From assembly GCA_945787555.1 (NCBI GenBank), contig CALZJG010000155.1, positions 24,015 through 88,014 on the forward strand: a DNA stretch of 64,000 nt, read 5' to 3'. The notes below the pieces were generated by a model. That model was not told the origin of the DNA. It made no database searches and worked only from the letters and a program-made list of their open reading frames with translations. How positions within the stretch are numbered: the first letter of the stretch is position 1; each line of letters begins with the position of its first letter. This document shows positions 26,369 to 35,561 of the stretch, in pieces. The translations under genes and the position numbers were made by a program. This DNA comes from an uncultured Chromatiaceae bacterium (lineage in GTDB: Bacteria > Pseudomonadota > Gammaproteobacteria > DRLM01).

Positions 26369-26674
26369 ATGACCGAAAGAAAAACCTCTACGAGCGAAAA
26401 CGCCACCGCGACCGCGCGAGTGGAAATATATAGCACAGATTTTTGCGGTTATTGCGTGCGTGCCAAGGCCTTGCTCGATACCAAGGGCGTGGCGTACACC
26501 GAGCATGCGATCGACCGTGACGACTCGGCGCGTGCTGAGATGTTGGTGCGCGCCAACGGGCGCCGCAGCGTGCCGCAGATATTCATCAACGGCCAGGGTA
26601 TCGGTGGCTACATGGAGCTGTACGCGTTGGAGCGCTCGGGTGAGTTGGACAGTCTTTTGGTGGCCTCGAGTTGA
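26369..26674 (+). CDS. grxC: Glutaredoxin 3
   Basis: CGYC active site, RSVPQIFI, GIGGY.EL. Confidence 0.9.
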   Translation: MTERKTSTSENATATARVEIYSTDFCGYCVRAKALLDTKGVAYTEHAIDRDDSARAEMLVRANGRRSVPQIFINGQGIGGYMELYALERSGELDSLLVASS

Positions 26675-26734
26675 GGCCCGTACCGGCCGAGCGATGCAGT
26701 ACAATTAGCTCTCCCAATACTGCGGAGACACTGC

Positions 26735-27082
26735 GTGAGTGCGACCATCTATCACAATCCCCGCTGTTCTAAGTCGCGGGAGACGCTGCAGCTATTGCGT
26801 GAGCGGGGTATCGAGCCGACTGTTATCGAGTACCTCAAGCACCCCCCCACCCAACAAGAACTGCGCCAGCTGTTGGTGTGGCTGGGTATGACTCCGCGCG
26901 AGCTGTTGCGCACTAAAGAGAGGGAGTTCAAGGCGTTAGGATTGCAGGACCCCGCCTTGGGCGCCGCCGCACTCATCAAAGCCATGGTCGAACATCCCGT
27001 GCTCATCGAACGACCTATCGTGGTGGCCGATGGCAAAGCGGCGTTGGGCCGCCCGCCGCAACACGTGCTCGACATTCTATAA
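26735..27082 (+). CDS. arsC: Arsenate reductase (glutaredoxin-dependent) family protein
   Basis: IYHNPRCSKSR, HPVLIERPIV, GRPP. Confidence 0.9.
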   Translation: MSATIYHNPRCSKSRETLQLLRERGIEPTVIEYLKHPPTQQELRQLLVWLGMTPRELLRTKEREFKALGLQDPALGAAALIKAMVEHPVLIERPIVVADGKAALGRPPQHVLDIL

Positions 27083-27088
27083 TCCCGC

Positions 27089-27601
27089 ATGCCTTATCGC
27101 AGCGCCATTTCAGCGGCCGTGGTGCGACCTTTGCTGGCCGTGTGTTTGGCGAGTGGCGCGGGCGGTGCGGCTGCCGAATCGCCGGCCTATTTCGGACTCA
27201 AGGGCGGCGTGGTGACACCAGATGTGGTGGGTCTGGACTATGCCATCAACGGTGGTTTGACCATGGGATATGCCTGGGGCCAGGCCGCGCTGGAGGCGGA
27301 GTTCACTGCTACTGTCATAGACGGCGGCACGGATTTCGTGGAGACGTCTTGGCAGCTGACCAGTCTGGGCCTGTATGCCGCCTTGCGTGGCACGGGGAGT
27401 GTGTATTGGAAGGCCCGTGCCGGCGTGATGGACGAGCGCTTGCGCTTCAATACCGTGGGTATCGCTCTTACAGGCGATAACAGTCCATGGTCGTTAGGTG
27501 GCGGTGTTGGGTTTCAGCTGCGCAGTGGGCGGCGCGTGGAAGGGGAGTTGACCTGGCTGGATAAGGATATCTTGTTGTGGAGCGTGGGAGTTTTGTTTTA
27601 G
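27089..27601 (+). CDS. Outer-membrane beta-barrel (OmpA-like TM/porin family) protein
   Basis: Signal peptide, YFGLKGG, amphipathic strands, terminal Phe. Confidence 0.75.
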   Translation: MPYRSAISAAVVRPLLAVCLASGAGGAAAESPAYFGLKGGVVTPDVVGLDYAINGGLTMGYAWGQAALEAEFTATVIDGGTDFVETSWQLTSLGLYAALRGTGSVYWKARAGVMDERLRFNTVGIALTGDNSPWSLGGGVGFQLRSGRRVEGELTWLDKDILLWSVGVLF

Positions 27602-27622
27602 CACTAACGTAGGTGTCGTAGC

Positions 27623-28516
27623 ATGAATCAATACCGCTTAGCTTGGACGCCGGGTGTCATGTTGGGCTGGGTGCTCATGATGGGATGGGCCTCCAGTGTT
27701 GCCGCGCCGGCGACGTTGGTGCAATCCGCCACCCCCACCACGCAGAAAATCATTTATCTGGAACGATTGTTGGGGTCGGTCAGCGGTCGCCGTCTGGCCG
27801 AGAGCGACGACCCGACGGTGCGCCGGCAGCTGAAATTAACGCGCCAGGAATTGGCTGCCGCGCGCCAGGCATGGGAGCAGAATCAAGCGGCGCGCGCCGA
27901 CACGCATGTGCAGAGCGCCTTTGCCGCCATGACCGTAGCCTCGCGGCGCCTGCCCTCCAGCGACGCGACGGATCAGCAAGCGGAAAGGAGCCGTTATCAA
28001 CAATTGCGCGATGGTATCGATGTGTTCCGTCAGGCGCATGCGCGAAATACCCAGCGGCTAAAGGCCACCGAAGGCGATGCCGGGCGCGGCTACGATGTGC
28101 TAGCCGTGGAGAACCTAGTGAGTCAAGCCGCGCAACGCGCGGCGGTGCATGACTACGCCGCGGCCATTGTCAGCCTGCAACAGGCGCAGGCGCTCGTCAC
28201 CGGCGCACTGCGCGGCATGATGCACCAGCGTACCTTGGTGCACGAGCTCGACCTCAATAGCCCCGAGGCGGAATTTGATTACGAGTACCGGCGCTATCTC
28301 GGCTACGTGGAGCTGATCCCGGTGGCCATAGAAGATTTGGCGCCGTCCGAGCAGACCGAGGCCGACATGCAGGGTGCGGCGGAGAAGGCGGCGTGGATGG
28401 CCGCGCAAGCGCAAGACCGGGCCCAGCGGGGAGATCATCCGGTCGCCATTCGCATGCTGTTGGACGCCACCGAGCTGGTGCGCGGCGCACTGCGATGGGC
28501 CGGCGTTAGCATGTGA
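27623..28516 (+). CDS. Secreted all-helical (TPR-like) hypothetical protein
   Basis: Signal peptide; repeated A..A...GD..A helical patterns. Confidence 0.65.
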   Translation: MNQYRLAWTPGVMLGWVLMMGWASSVAAPATLVQSATPTTQKIIYLERLLGSVSGRRLAESDDPTVRRQLKLTRQELAAARQAWEQNQAARADTHVQSAFAAMTVASRRLPSSDATDQQAERSRYQQLRDGIDVFRQAHARNTQRLKATEGDAGRGYDVLAVENLVSQAAQRAAVHDYAAAIVSLQQAQALVTGALRGMMHQRTLVHELDLNSPEAEFDYEYRRYLGYVELIPVAIEDLAPSEQTEADMQGAAEKAAWMAAQAQDRAQRGDHPVAIRMLLDATELVRGALRWAGVSM

Positions 28517-28538
28517 TGCCCCGTCATAAAGGGGACGC

Positions 28539-29303
28539 ATGACCGTGTTTGATTTCTTGTCCCGTTGGAGGCGCCACGCCGCGCCGCTCAGTGACGAGGC
28601 TTGGCGCAGTCTCTGTGGTCGCGTGGCCGTGGTTGAGCATTGGCCCGAGGATGCCTTAGCGCGGTTACGTGTTGTAGTCGACGCCTTCCTGCGTTCCAAA
28701 AGCATTACTGCGGCCGGGACGGCGGTGCTTGATGATGAGCTGCGTGGCTTGATCGCGGTGCAGGCTTGTGTGCCCATCCTCAATCTCAGTCTGGCGGCTT
28801 ACGCCGAGTGGGTGGAAATTATCGTCTATCCGGCCGAATTCATCACCGAGCACGAGGAAGTGGACGAGGCGGGGGTCGTGCATTTGCGGCGCCGTGCCTT
28901 GAGCGGTGAGTCGTGGTCGCAGGGGCCGGTGATCTTATCACGCGAGGAGGTCGAATACTCTGCGCAGGCCTGCGATGGTTTCAACGTCGTCATTCATGAA
29001 TTGGCCCACAAGCTGGACATGCTCAACGGCGATGCCAACGGTTATCCGCCATTGCCACGCGAGATGTCTAGCGCGACCTGGAGCGGGGTGTTTAATCGCG
29101 CCTATGAGGCATTGTGCGCACAGATCGAGGGGGGGGTGGATACCGCCCTGGATCCCTACGGCGCCGAGTGTCCCGGCGAATTCTTTGCGGTGGTGAGTGA
29201 GGCCTTCTTCGAACTGCCGAACGCGCTGCGCGAGGACTATCCCGAGGTCTACGCGCAATTGGTGCACTACTATCGCCAGAACCCAGCGGCAGGCGAGCAC
29301 TAG
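28539..29303 (+). CDS. mtfA: Zinc-dependent peptidase M90 family (MtfA-like)
   Basis: IIVYPAEF, GESW.QGPVILS, NVVIHELAHKLD, YGA..PGEFFAVVSEAFFE. Confidence 0.88.
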   Translation: MTVFDFLSRWRRHAAPLSDEAWRSLCGRVAVVEHWPEDALARLRVVVDAFLRSKSITAAGTAVLDDELRGLIAVQACVPILNLSLAAYAEWVEIIVYPAEFITEHEEVDEAGVVHLRRRALSGESWSQGPVILSREEVEYSAQACDGFNVVIHELAHKLDMLNGDANGYPPLPREMSSATWSGVFNRAYEALCAQIEGGVDTALDPYGAECPGEFFAVVSEAFFELPNALREDYPEVYAQLVHYYRQNPAAGEH

Positions 29304-29337
29304 GGAATACCCCTCTCTGCTAAATAAACAAATAGAC

Positions 29338-29367
29338 AAAAAAATAGCGCTGTCTGGCTGACAGCGC
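29338..29367 (-). terminator. Intrinsic terminator facing the minus strand
   Basis: GCGCTGTC/GACAGCGC stem, 5-nt loop, A7 at 29338-29344 (U7 on the minus strand). Confidence 0.85.
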
Positions 29368-29495
29368 CATCGCTCAAGGAGGGATGAACGTAAAGTTGCG
29401 GACTTCAAAGGAGCAGTGGCGGAATCCCTGTGAGCGATTCGTGGCCACTGGCAACGCGAGTCAGCGTTGCATCGCGCTGTTGCGAGACGCGATCA
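29338..29495 (-). ncRNA. Putative sigma54-dependent small regulatory RNA (~158 nt)
   Basis: The predicted +1 (~29495) lies 2 nt before three abutting hairpins (29493-29471, 29470-29451, 29450-29414), followed by a single-stranded region with two CUCCUU motifs and the terminator. Confidence 0.7.
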
Positions 29496-29505
29496 CGTTT
29501 GCATG

Positions 29506-29521
29506 AGCAGATGCCGTGCCA
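29506..29521 (-). promoter_or_regulatory. sigma54 promoter
   Basis: Minus strand TGGCACGGCATCTGCT (TGGCACG-N4-YTGCW, GG-N10-GC). Confidence 0.8.
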
Positions 29522-29540
29522 GTTGAAAAGTTTAAATAAT

Positions 29541-29553
29541 TATCAACGAGTTA
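29541..29553 (+). promoter_or_regulatory. IHF binding site
   Basis: TATCAACGAGTTA matches WATCAANNNNTTR and lies in an AT-rich tract just upstream of the sigma54 box. Confidence 0.7.
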
Positions 29554-29801
29554 TATTTCTTGTGCGGTAACTCAGGCGGGTCCGATGTTGCCCTGAGGTA
29601 ACAGAAGACCCACCATCATCCACTAACCCATTGCGACCAAAGAAGTTATTTTGTCGCGCATCGGCGACGGGGTAATGGCGGGGAGGAACCATAAAGTCTG
29701 ATACCTAAGCGGGTGGACGGTGAAGGAATCTCACTTGCTGGCCGATACCACGGATAGTACTTATGGGCTGACGTCAGTCATGTATAGCCTCGGGAGACGC
29801 A

Positions 29802-32153
29802 ATGGCTAGCGGTGACAAGGTGGTTTCCTTAGACCCGCGCAGCGGCACAACGCCGTCTGCGCAATCACAAGACCAACGCCTGCTGCAGGAGTGTCGGCAG
29901 CGCGCTGACAAATACCTGAAGGAAACCTTGCAGCGGGTGTTCGACAACGTCGACGACACACTCTTTTCCTTGGCAAACAAGGGTGAAGGTGACGCCGGCG
30001 ACAGCGTGTATTTTGACGCCATGCGAGAAATTCGCATTCAGCGCCAAGATATTACGCAGGCCTATTTCACGGCGTTCGAGACCGGCTACAACGCGCAGCT
30101 GCGCACCGGCACCACATCTACGTCAGCGCCGCGCAATACCGAAGAATTGGGCGGGTTGTCCTTGGTCGATGAGCAAGAATTGGAAGAATCCTTGGCCATC
30201 GACGGTCTGGTCGCCAAGGCCAAGGACCGCTTGCATACCGAACTCCATCCCCTGAGTCAGCGCCTCGACGTGCTGATTAGCAAGGTCAGGATCGACGAAG
30301 ACAGCAACCCCTATGGTCCCGATGTGGTGTGTCTTGCTTTTCGCGACGCTTTTGCACGGATCGAGTTGAAGGTGGAGGTCAAACTGATCATCTATAAGTT
30401 GTTCGATCAGTACGTGATGAAAAGCTTGGGCGATTTGTACGCCGAGTTAAATCTTTTGCTGGTCGATGGCGGTGTGCTGCCACAGCTCAAATTGGCACGT
30501 CCCAAGCGCGAGGCCGCCGAGGAGTCCAAGCGCGCCAGCGGCGCGGATGGCCAAGACGAAGACGAATCCCCCTCGGACGCGAGCGCAGAAGCGGGCGATA
30601 GTGACGTTTATCAAACCTTGCAGCGCTTACTCAATAGCAAGAAATACGGCGCATCAGGTGGCGCGGGCGGGTCGGAAGGTGGGGGCGGAGGCGGCCCCGC
30701 GGGCACGAGTGGCCCGGCCGTGTCTGCCGCGGACTTGTTGCAGAGTCTGTCACAGTTGCAGCGCAACACGTCGCCGGTAGTGAGCGACGGCGAAGTGAGC
30801 CTGGCGCAGATCAAGGACAGTTTGCTGCAAAGCATCGGCGAAGTGCGCGGCAGCGCTATCGCCTTGAATCCCATGCACGATAACACCATCGACGTGATCG
30901 GTATGATCTTCGAATTCATCGTCGATGAGCCCAGTACGCCCGGCCAAGTCAAGGCGCTGCTCAGTCAATTACAGATCCCCATCCTCAAAGTCGCCATCGC
31001 CGACAAGGAGTTCTTCAGCCGCAAACTGCATCCTGCGCGGCGCTTATTGAATGTCCTCGGGCACGCCGGTATCGCCTGGAATGAACGCAGCGAGTCCGAG
31101 CAACAGCGGCGCTTCGAAAAAATGGAATTTGTGGTCAACCGGGTGTTGAGCGAGTTTGAGGACGATCCGGGCATTTTTTCCGAATTATTGGAGGAATTTA
31201 CCACGTTCCTGGCGCAAGAAGGCGAGGAGGTCGACGCGGTCGAAGCGGGCGATGAGGAAGCCACAGCGGAGCAGGAGGAGCAGGCCGCTGTCACGCCTAG
31301 TAAGCAGGCCTTTGAAACCATCGAGCTGCGTCTAGAGGGTGCTGAGATCCCCGAGGTGTTGCGCGAATTCCTGCGCCACATTTGGCGGGCGGTATTGCAG
31401 CGCACCGCGGAGAGCGACGGCGACGACAGCGAAGCATGGCGGCGTCGTGAACAGACCGTCGATGATTTGATGTGGAGCGTGGAACCCAAGATCAGCGGCG
31501 ACGATAGGCGGCGGATGGTGGCGATGTTGCCGCGCCTATTGGATGCCTTGCAGCAAGGGATGGCCTTCGTAGCTTGTCCGCAGGAGGATATCGATCAAGC
31601 CATCGAGGCTTTGCGGGAAATACACTTGCTATGTCTGCGTGGGGAAAAGCCCGCGGTCAAGGCGGTGGCGCCGGTGCGCGAAGAAGAGTTGAATGCAAGC
31701 AGTCAAGACGTCAGCGATATGATCCGTTCCATCCAGCAGGGAATGTCCGATCCCGGGCCGGCGGGTGACGCCGCTGCCGCGGCGTCCACCGAGCACGATA
31801 TGTTGGGCGAGGATATGACCTCCGCGCCGGCTGGGGCGCCGGAAGAGGAAGAGGTGGAGGAGGTATTGATGGAGGATGACTACACCGATCAGGCGCGGGA
31901 TATGAAACTCGGGACGTGGTTGGAGTTCAATATAGAAGACAAGGCGCGGCGCGGCAAGTTAGGGTGGAAGAGCGCGGTCCTGGCCCAATATGTGTTCGTG
32001 GACCGCAAGTACAAAGTGGTGGCGGAAAAAACCTTAGCGACCTTGGCCGCGGATTTACGACAGGGGCGGGTCACGGTGGTGGAAAACGTGGCAATGTTCG
32101 ACCGGGCCCTGGATGCCGTGCTGAACGGTTTGATGAGCGGCTCGGGGCGTTGA
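29802..32153 (+). CDS. DUF1631 family protein
   Basis: YFDAMREIR, LSLVDEQELEE, LQIPILKVAI.D.EFF....HPARRLLN, W...EQTVDDL.WSV, LKLGTWLEF..., MFDRAL. Confidence 0.85.
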   Translation: MASGDKVVSLDPRSGTTPSAQSQDQRLLQECRQRADKYLKETLQRVFDNVDDTLFSLANKGEGDAGDSVYFDAMREIRIQRQDITQAYFTAFETGYNAQLRTGTTSTSAPRNTEELGGLSLVDEQELEESLAIDGLVAKAKDRLHTELHPLSQRLDVLISKVRIDEDSNPYGPDVVCLAFRDAFARIELKVEVKLIIYKLFDQYVMKSLGDLYAELNLLLVDGGVLPQLKLARPKREAAEESKRASGADGQDEDESPSDASAEAGDSDVYQTLQRLLNSKKYGASGGAGGSEGGGGGGPAGTSGPAVSAADLLQSLSQLQRNTSPVVSDGEVSLAQIKDSLLQSIGEVRGSAIALNPMHDNTIDVIGMIFEFIVDEPSTPGQVKALLSQLQIPILKVAIADKEFFSRKLHPARRLLNVLGHAGIAWNERSESEQQRRFEKMEFVVNRVLSEFEDDPGIFSELLEEFTTFLAQEGEEVDAVEAGDEEATAEQEEQAAVTPSKQAFETIELRLEGAEIPEVLREFLRHIWRAVLQRTAESDGDDSEAWRRREQTVDDLMWSVEPKISGDDRRRMVAMLPRLLDALQQGMAFVACPQEDIDQAIEALREIHLLCLRGEKPAVKAVAPVREEELNASSQDVSDMIRSIQQGMSDPGPAGDAAAAASTEHDMLGEDMTSAPAGAPEEEEVEEVLMEDDYTDQARDMKLGTWLEFNIEDKARRGKLGWKSAVLAQYVFVDRKYKVVAEKTLATLAADLRQGRVTVVENVAMFDRALDAVLNGLMSGSGR

Positions 32154-32203
32154 ACGACCTGTCATAGTCTTCTCATCGGCTATTACTCGGCCGTTAGACT
32201 AGG

Positions 32204-32250
32204 TTTGGGGAGGTCACCTCCCTCTAGCAGGGGTGACAGCGCTCCCCAAA
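32204..32250. terminator. Imperfect GC-rich hairpin after DUF1631
   Basis: TTTGGGGAG...CTCCCCAAA outer arms with GTCACC/GGTGAC inner arms. Confidence 0.4.
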
Positions 32251-32449
32251 GGGGTGGGATGGGCAAGGGCGCGGGTGGGATGCCGCTGATTTGTTAGCAC
32301 TTCAACGTCGTCCCGACTTCCCGCCACAGGCGGGAGACGTTGGCAACGCAATGAATTCATTACCGCGTCAATACGTTAGGGGGCGGCGCTGCGTGTATCG
32401 CGAGAGCCACTTAAGGAATCCCCACACATCACAGGCGAGGAGCAGCCTC

Positions 32450-33655
32450 ATGGACATCTCTCTATCCCGTAAGCGCATACTCGATCTCGTTGCAGGGTGT
32501 CTGATGGTCGTCCTGGGTGGAACCGCCTGGGCGCAGGCGGAGCATTGCGTGGCGCCGGGAGTGTGGCTGGACCCCACCTCGGAGCAGCGGCCCAGTCATG
32601 CCGAAATATTGAGTCGCGCCGCTTCGCAACAAGTGGTGTTGTTGGGCGAGCATCATGACAATCGTGATCATCATCGCTGGCAACTACAGGTCATGGCCGG
32701 CCTTTACGCGCGCCGTCCGGATATGGTGTTGGGCTTTGAAATGTTCCCGCGCGACAAGCAGCCGGTGCTAGATCGCTGGGTGGCCGGGGAGCTGACAGAG
32801 CAAGCATTCCTCACGGCCACCGATTGGGAAAACACCTGGCATTTCGACGCCGACTTGTATTTGCCGTTGTTCCATTTCGCGCGGATCAATCGCATTCCCA
32901 TGTTGGCGCTCAATGTGAATCGGAGTTTGCTGGCGCAGGTGCGTGACGAAGGCTGGGCGGGAGTGCCCGCCTCGCGCCGCGACGGGATCACCGATCCCGC
33001 GCCGGCGCAGCGTGAATATTTGGAGTTGCTCGCCGCCAGCTTTATCAGTCACCGCACCCCGGATCATAGCGCCAGCCGTGACATGCGACCGGAGGAGAAG
33101 CGGGCTTTTCAGCGTTTCGTTGAAGGGCAGCAGTTGTGGGATCGCGCCATGGCGCACTCCATCGCCGCCGCGCTGTCTGCTGATCAGCCGCCCTTGTTGG
33201 TGGCGATGATAGGCACGGGACATATGCTGCGCGGTTTCGGTGTCCCGCATCAATTAGCCGATCTAGGCGTAAAGAAAGTGCATTGGCTGGTGCCGTGGGA
33301 CGATCAGTTGGATTGCGGTGACATGCGACCCGGTTATGCGCACGGCGTGTTCGGTTTGGCACCGTCGCTGGAGTCGGAGCAGGAGCCGATGCGGCCTAAG
33401 TTGGGGGTGTATCTCGAGGTCGATGAGGCCGGCGCGGTGCAAGTTGCGAAAATCAGTCCGCACAGCATTGCCGAAGCGCTGGGCATCGAGGCCGGTGATC
33501 GTATCGTGGAAATCGCTGGCCTGAAAGTGGCGCAAGTGGTGGATGTTATCCACGCAGTGCAACGCATGAGCCCCGGCACGTGGTTGCCATTCGTCGTGCA
33601 GCGTGGCGAGCGGCGCTTGGAAATGGTGGCCAAATTCCCCCCCGCGCTGCCCTAG
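32450..33655 (+). CDS. ChaN (haem-uptake/Tiki superfamily) domain protein with C-terminal PDZ
   Basis: VVLLGEHHD, GFEMF, W.FDA.LY.PLF, Q.LWDRAMA, IG.GH; PDZ (LGVYL, SIAEALGIEAGDRI). Confidence 0.8.
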   Translation: MDISLSRKRILDLVAGCLMVVLGGTAWAQAEHCVAPGVWLDPTSEQRPSHAEILSRAASQQVVLLGEHHDNRDHHRWQLQVMAGLYARRPDMVLGFEMFPRDKQPVLDRWVAGELTEQAFLTATDWENTWHFDADLYLPLFHFARINRIPMLALNVNRSLLAQVRDEGWAGVPASRRDGITDPAPAQREYLELLAASFISHRTPDHSASRDMRPEEKRAFQRFVEGQQLWDRAMAHSIAAALSADQPPLLVAMIGTGHMLRGFGVPHQLADLGVKKVHWLVPWDDQLDCGDMRPGYAHGVFGLAPSLESEQEPMRPKLGVYLEVDEAGAVQVAKISPHSIAEALGIEAGDRIVEIAGLKVAQVVDVIHAVQRMSPGTWLPFVVQRGERRLEMVAKFPPALP

Positions 33656-33778
33656 GCCGGTCAGGGCGCCGGCATCACCGGCGTATTATGTGGTTGAATC
33701 CGGGCCTGGCCTCGCCCATCATGTCACTCCTTAAGTTGCGCGCGGCGCCGTGCCGCGTCTGCATGAGAGACACATGCC

Positions 33779-34414
33779 ATGTCCAAATCATACAAAGCGA
33801 CGCGCGAGGGGCGTAATCTTTCCCATCTCGACGCGGTCTCCGGCGAGGCCGGCGACATCGCAGCGCCTGAATTATCGGGCCTGATACTGCGCGTTCTCGA
33901 GCAATTGGGGGAAGATCCACAGCGTGAAGGTCTGCGTGACACACCCAGTCGTATCGCCAAGGCGCTGACCTTTCTCACCAGCGGCTATCAGCAAACCGTC
34001 GAGGACGTAGTGCGTGACGCCATTTTCACTGACGACTGTCACGAAATGGTGGTAGTCAAGGATGTCGAATTCTATTCCCAGTGTGAACATCACATGTTGC
34101 CGTTCTTCGGGCGTGTCCATGTCGGTTATTTGCCCAACGGTAAGATCATCGGCTTGAGCAAGATTGCCAGGATCGTCGACGTTTACGCCCGCCGTTTGCA
34201 GGTACAGGAGCGCATGACCAGTCAGATCGCCGACGGTTTGATGGAGGTGCTCAGCCCGGGCGGTGTGGCGGTGGTGGTTGAAGCCAGTCATTTCTGCATG
34301 ATGATGCGCGGCGTGCAAAAGCAGAACAGCTCCACGCTCACCAGCGCCATGCGCGGCACATTCAAGGATGACGCGCGCACGCGTATGGAATTCATGGAGT
34401 TGATTCGCCGTTAA
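33779..34414 (+). CDS. folE: GTP cyclohydrolase I
   Basis: [49 protein letters not shown]. Confidence 0.96.
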   Translation: MSKSYKATREGRNLSHLDAVSGEAGDIAAPELSGLILRVLEQLGEDPQREGLRDTPSRIAKALTFLTSGYQQTVEDVVRDAIFTDDCHEMVVVKDVEFYSQCEHHMLPFFGRVHVGYLPNGKIIGLSKIARIVDVYARRLQVQERMTSQIADGLMEVLSPGGVAVVVEASHFCMMMRGVQKQNSSTLTSAMRGTFKDDARTRMEFMELIRR

Positions 34415-34531
34415 CCCGTTGCTGATCAGTTATTGATTTAGGGCCCGTTGACCTTGTGAGTGGCGGCCGCGGCGCTGACTCCACTACAATCCCAGTCCAT
34501 CAATTTCTCGCTACATGTGAAGGATGAGCTT

Positions 34532-35539
34532 ATGAGTGACACCGCCCCTTTGGTCACGGCACAGGAAACGTTCGCCGCCGCGCTACCGCTGCGCGCCCAG
34601 GCGGCGGAGACTGTGGCCTTGGAAGCGGCCATGGGTCGCACCTTGCAGAGCGCCATCAGCGCGCCCACCGATCTGCCGCCCTATCACCGCGCCATTGTCG
34701 AAGGTTTCGTGGTGCGAGTGGAAGACACCCAAGGGGCGGCGGACGATAAACCGATCGCTTTCACCGTGGTGGGCAAGGTCCAGCCCGGTGACGACCAATG
34801 TCCGGCCATCGGTCCCGGCCAAGCCGTGGAAATCATGACCGGCAGCCTGGTGCCCGACGGCCCCTATGCCATCGTACGCATGTGGGAGGCGAACCGCGCG
34901 GGCCAAGGCTTCACCATTACCCGGCCTTTCCCGCCTCGTTTCTTCATCGAAGACCAAGGCTGCGACATGCAGCAAGGCACGGTGGTGTTTCCCGCCGGTA
35001 CCCTGTTGGGGCCGCGCGAGCTGGGTACGCTGGCGGAGTTGGGGCTGGGCGAGGTAAGTGTGGCGCAGCCGGTGCGGGTGACGGTGTTTGCCTGCGGTGA
35101 TGAGGTGATTCCGTTTCGCGAGGCGCTGCGCCCGGGTCTGATTCGCGACAGTAATTCGCTCATGCTGGCCGCCGCCGTCCATGAGGCGGGCGGCACAGCC
35201 CATTGCGCCGGCATCATGCGCGATGACTTCGAGGCCTTCGTGACGGCGGCGCGCGCGGCGCTGGAGCACAGCGACATGCTGGTGATTTCCGGCGGGACGG
35301 CCGCCGGCGGGCGCGATTTCATCTCCGAGCTGGTACAAGCCTTGGGTGACTTGCGGGTGGATGGGGTGCCGATGCGTTCTGGGCGACCGCTGATCATGGG
35401 TGAGGCCCAGGGCAAACCTATAGTGTGCGTCGCCGGTCATCCGCCCGAGGCGCTGCGTGGTTTTCGCTTGTTCGGCGTAGCGGCGATCAATCGTCTGCTG
35501 GGGCGTGAACTGCCGCTGCCGGAAGACAGCGTCGCCTAG
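34532..35539 (+). CDS. moeA: Short, divergent MoeA-like molybdopterin-binding protein (335 aa)
   Basis: GR.L...I.AP.DLPP, IMTGS.VP, GDEV, IRDSNS, SGG, GRP, GHP; ends before the usual domain IV. Confidence 0.7.
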   Translation: MSDTAPLVTAQETFAAALPLRAQAAETVALEAAMGRTLQSAISAPTDLPPYHRAIVEGFVVRVEDTQGAADDKPIAFTVVGKVQPGDDQCPAIGPGQAVEIMTGSLVPDGPYAIVRMWEANRAGQGFTITRPFPPRFFIEDQGCDMQQGTVVFPAGTLLGPRELGTLAELGLGEVSVAQPVRVTVFACGDEVIPFREALRPGLIRDSNSLMLAAAVHEAGGTAHCAGIMRDDFEAFVTAARAALEHSDMLVISGGTAAGGRDFISELVQALGDLRVDGVPMRSGRPLIMGEAQGKPIVCVAGHPPEALRGFRLFGVAAINRLLGRELPLPEDSVA

Positions 35540-35561
35540 TTTGCTCGGAAACACGGACACT

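Noticed and set aside
29384-29506. Plus-strand 40-aa ORF (MNVKLRTSKEQW...) after AAGGAGG
   Set aside because: The SD-ATG spacing is only 1-2 nt, the peptide is not protein-like, and the promoter, hairpins and terminator all point to the minus strand. Kept only as the alternative to test.
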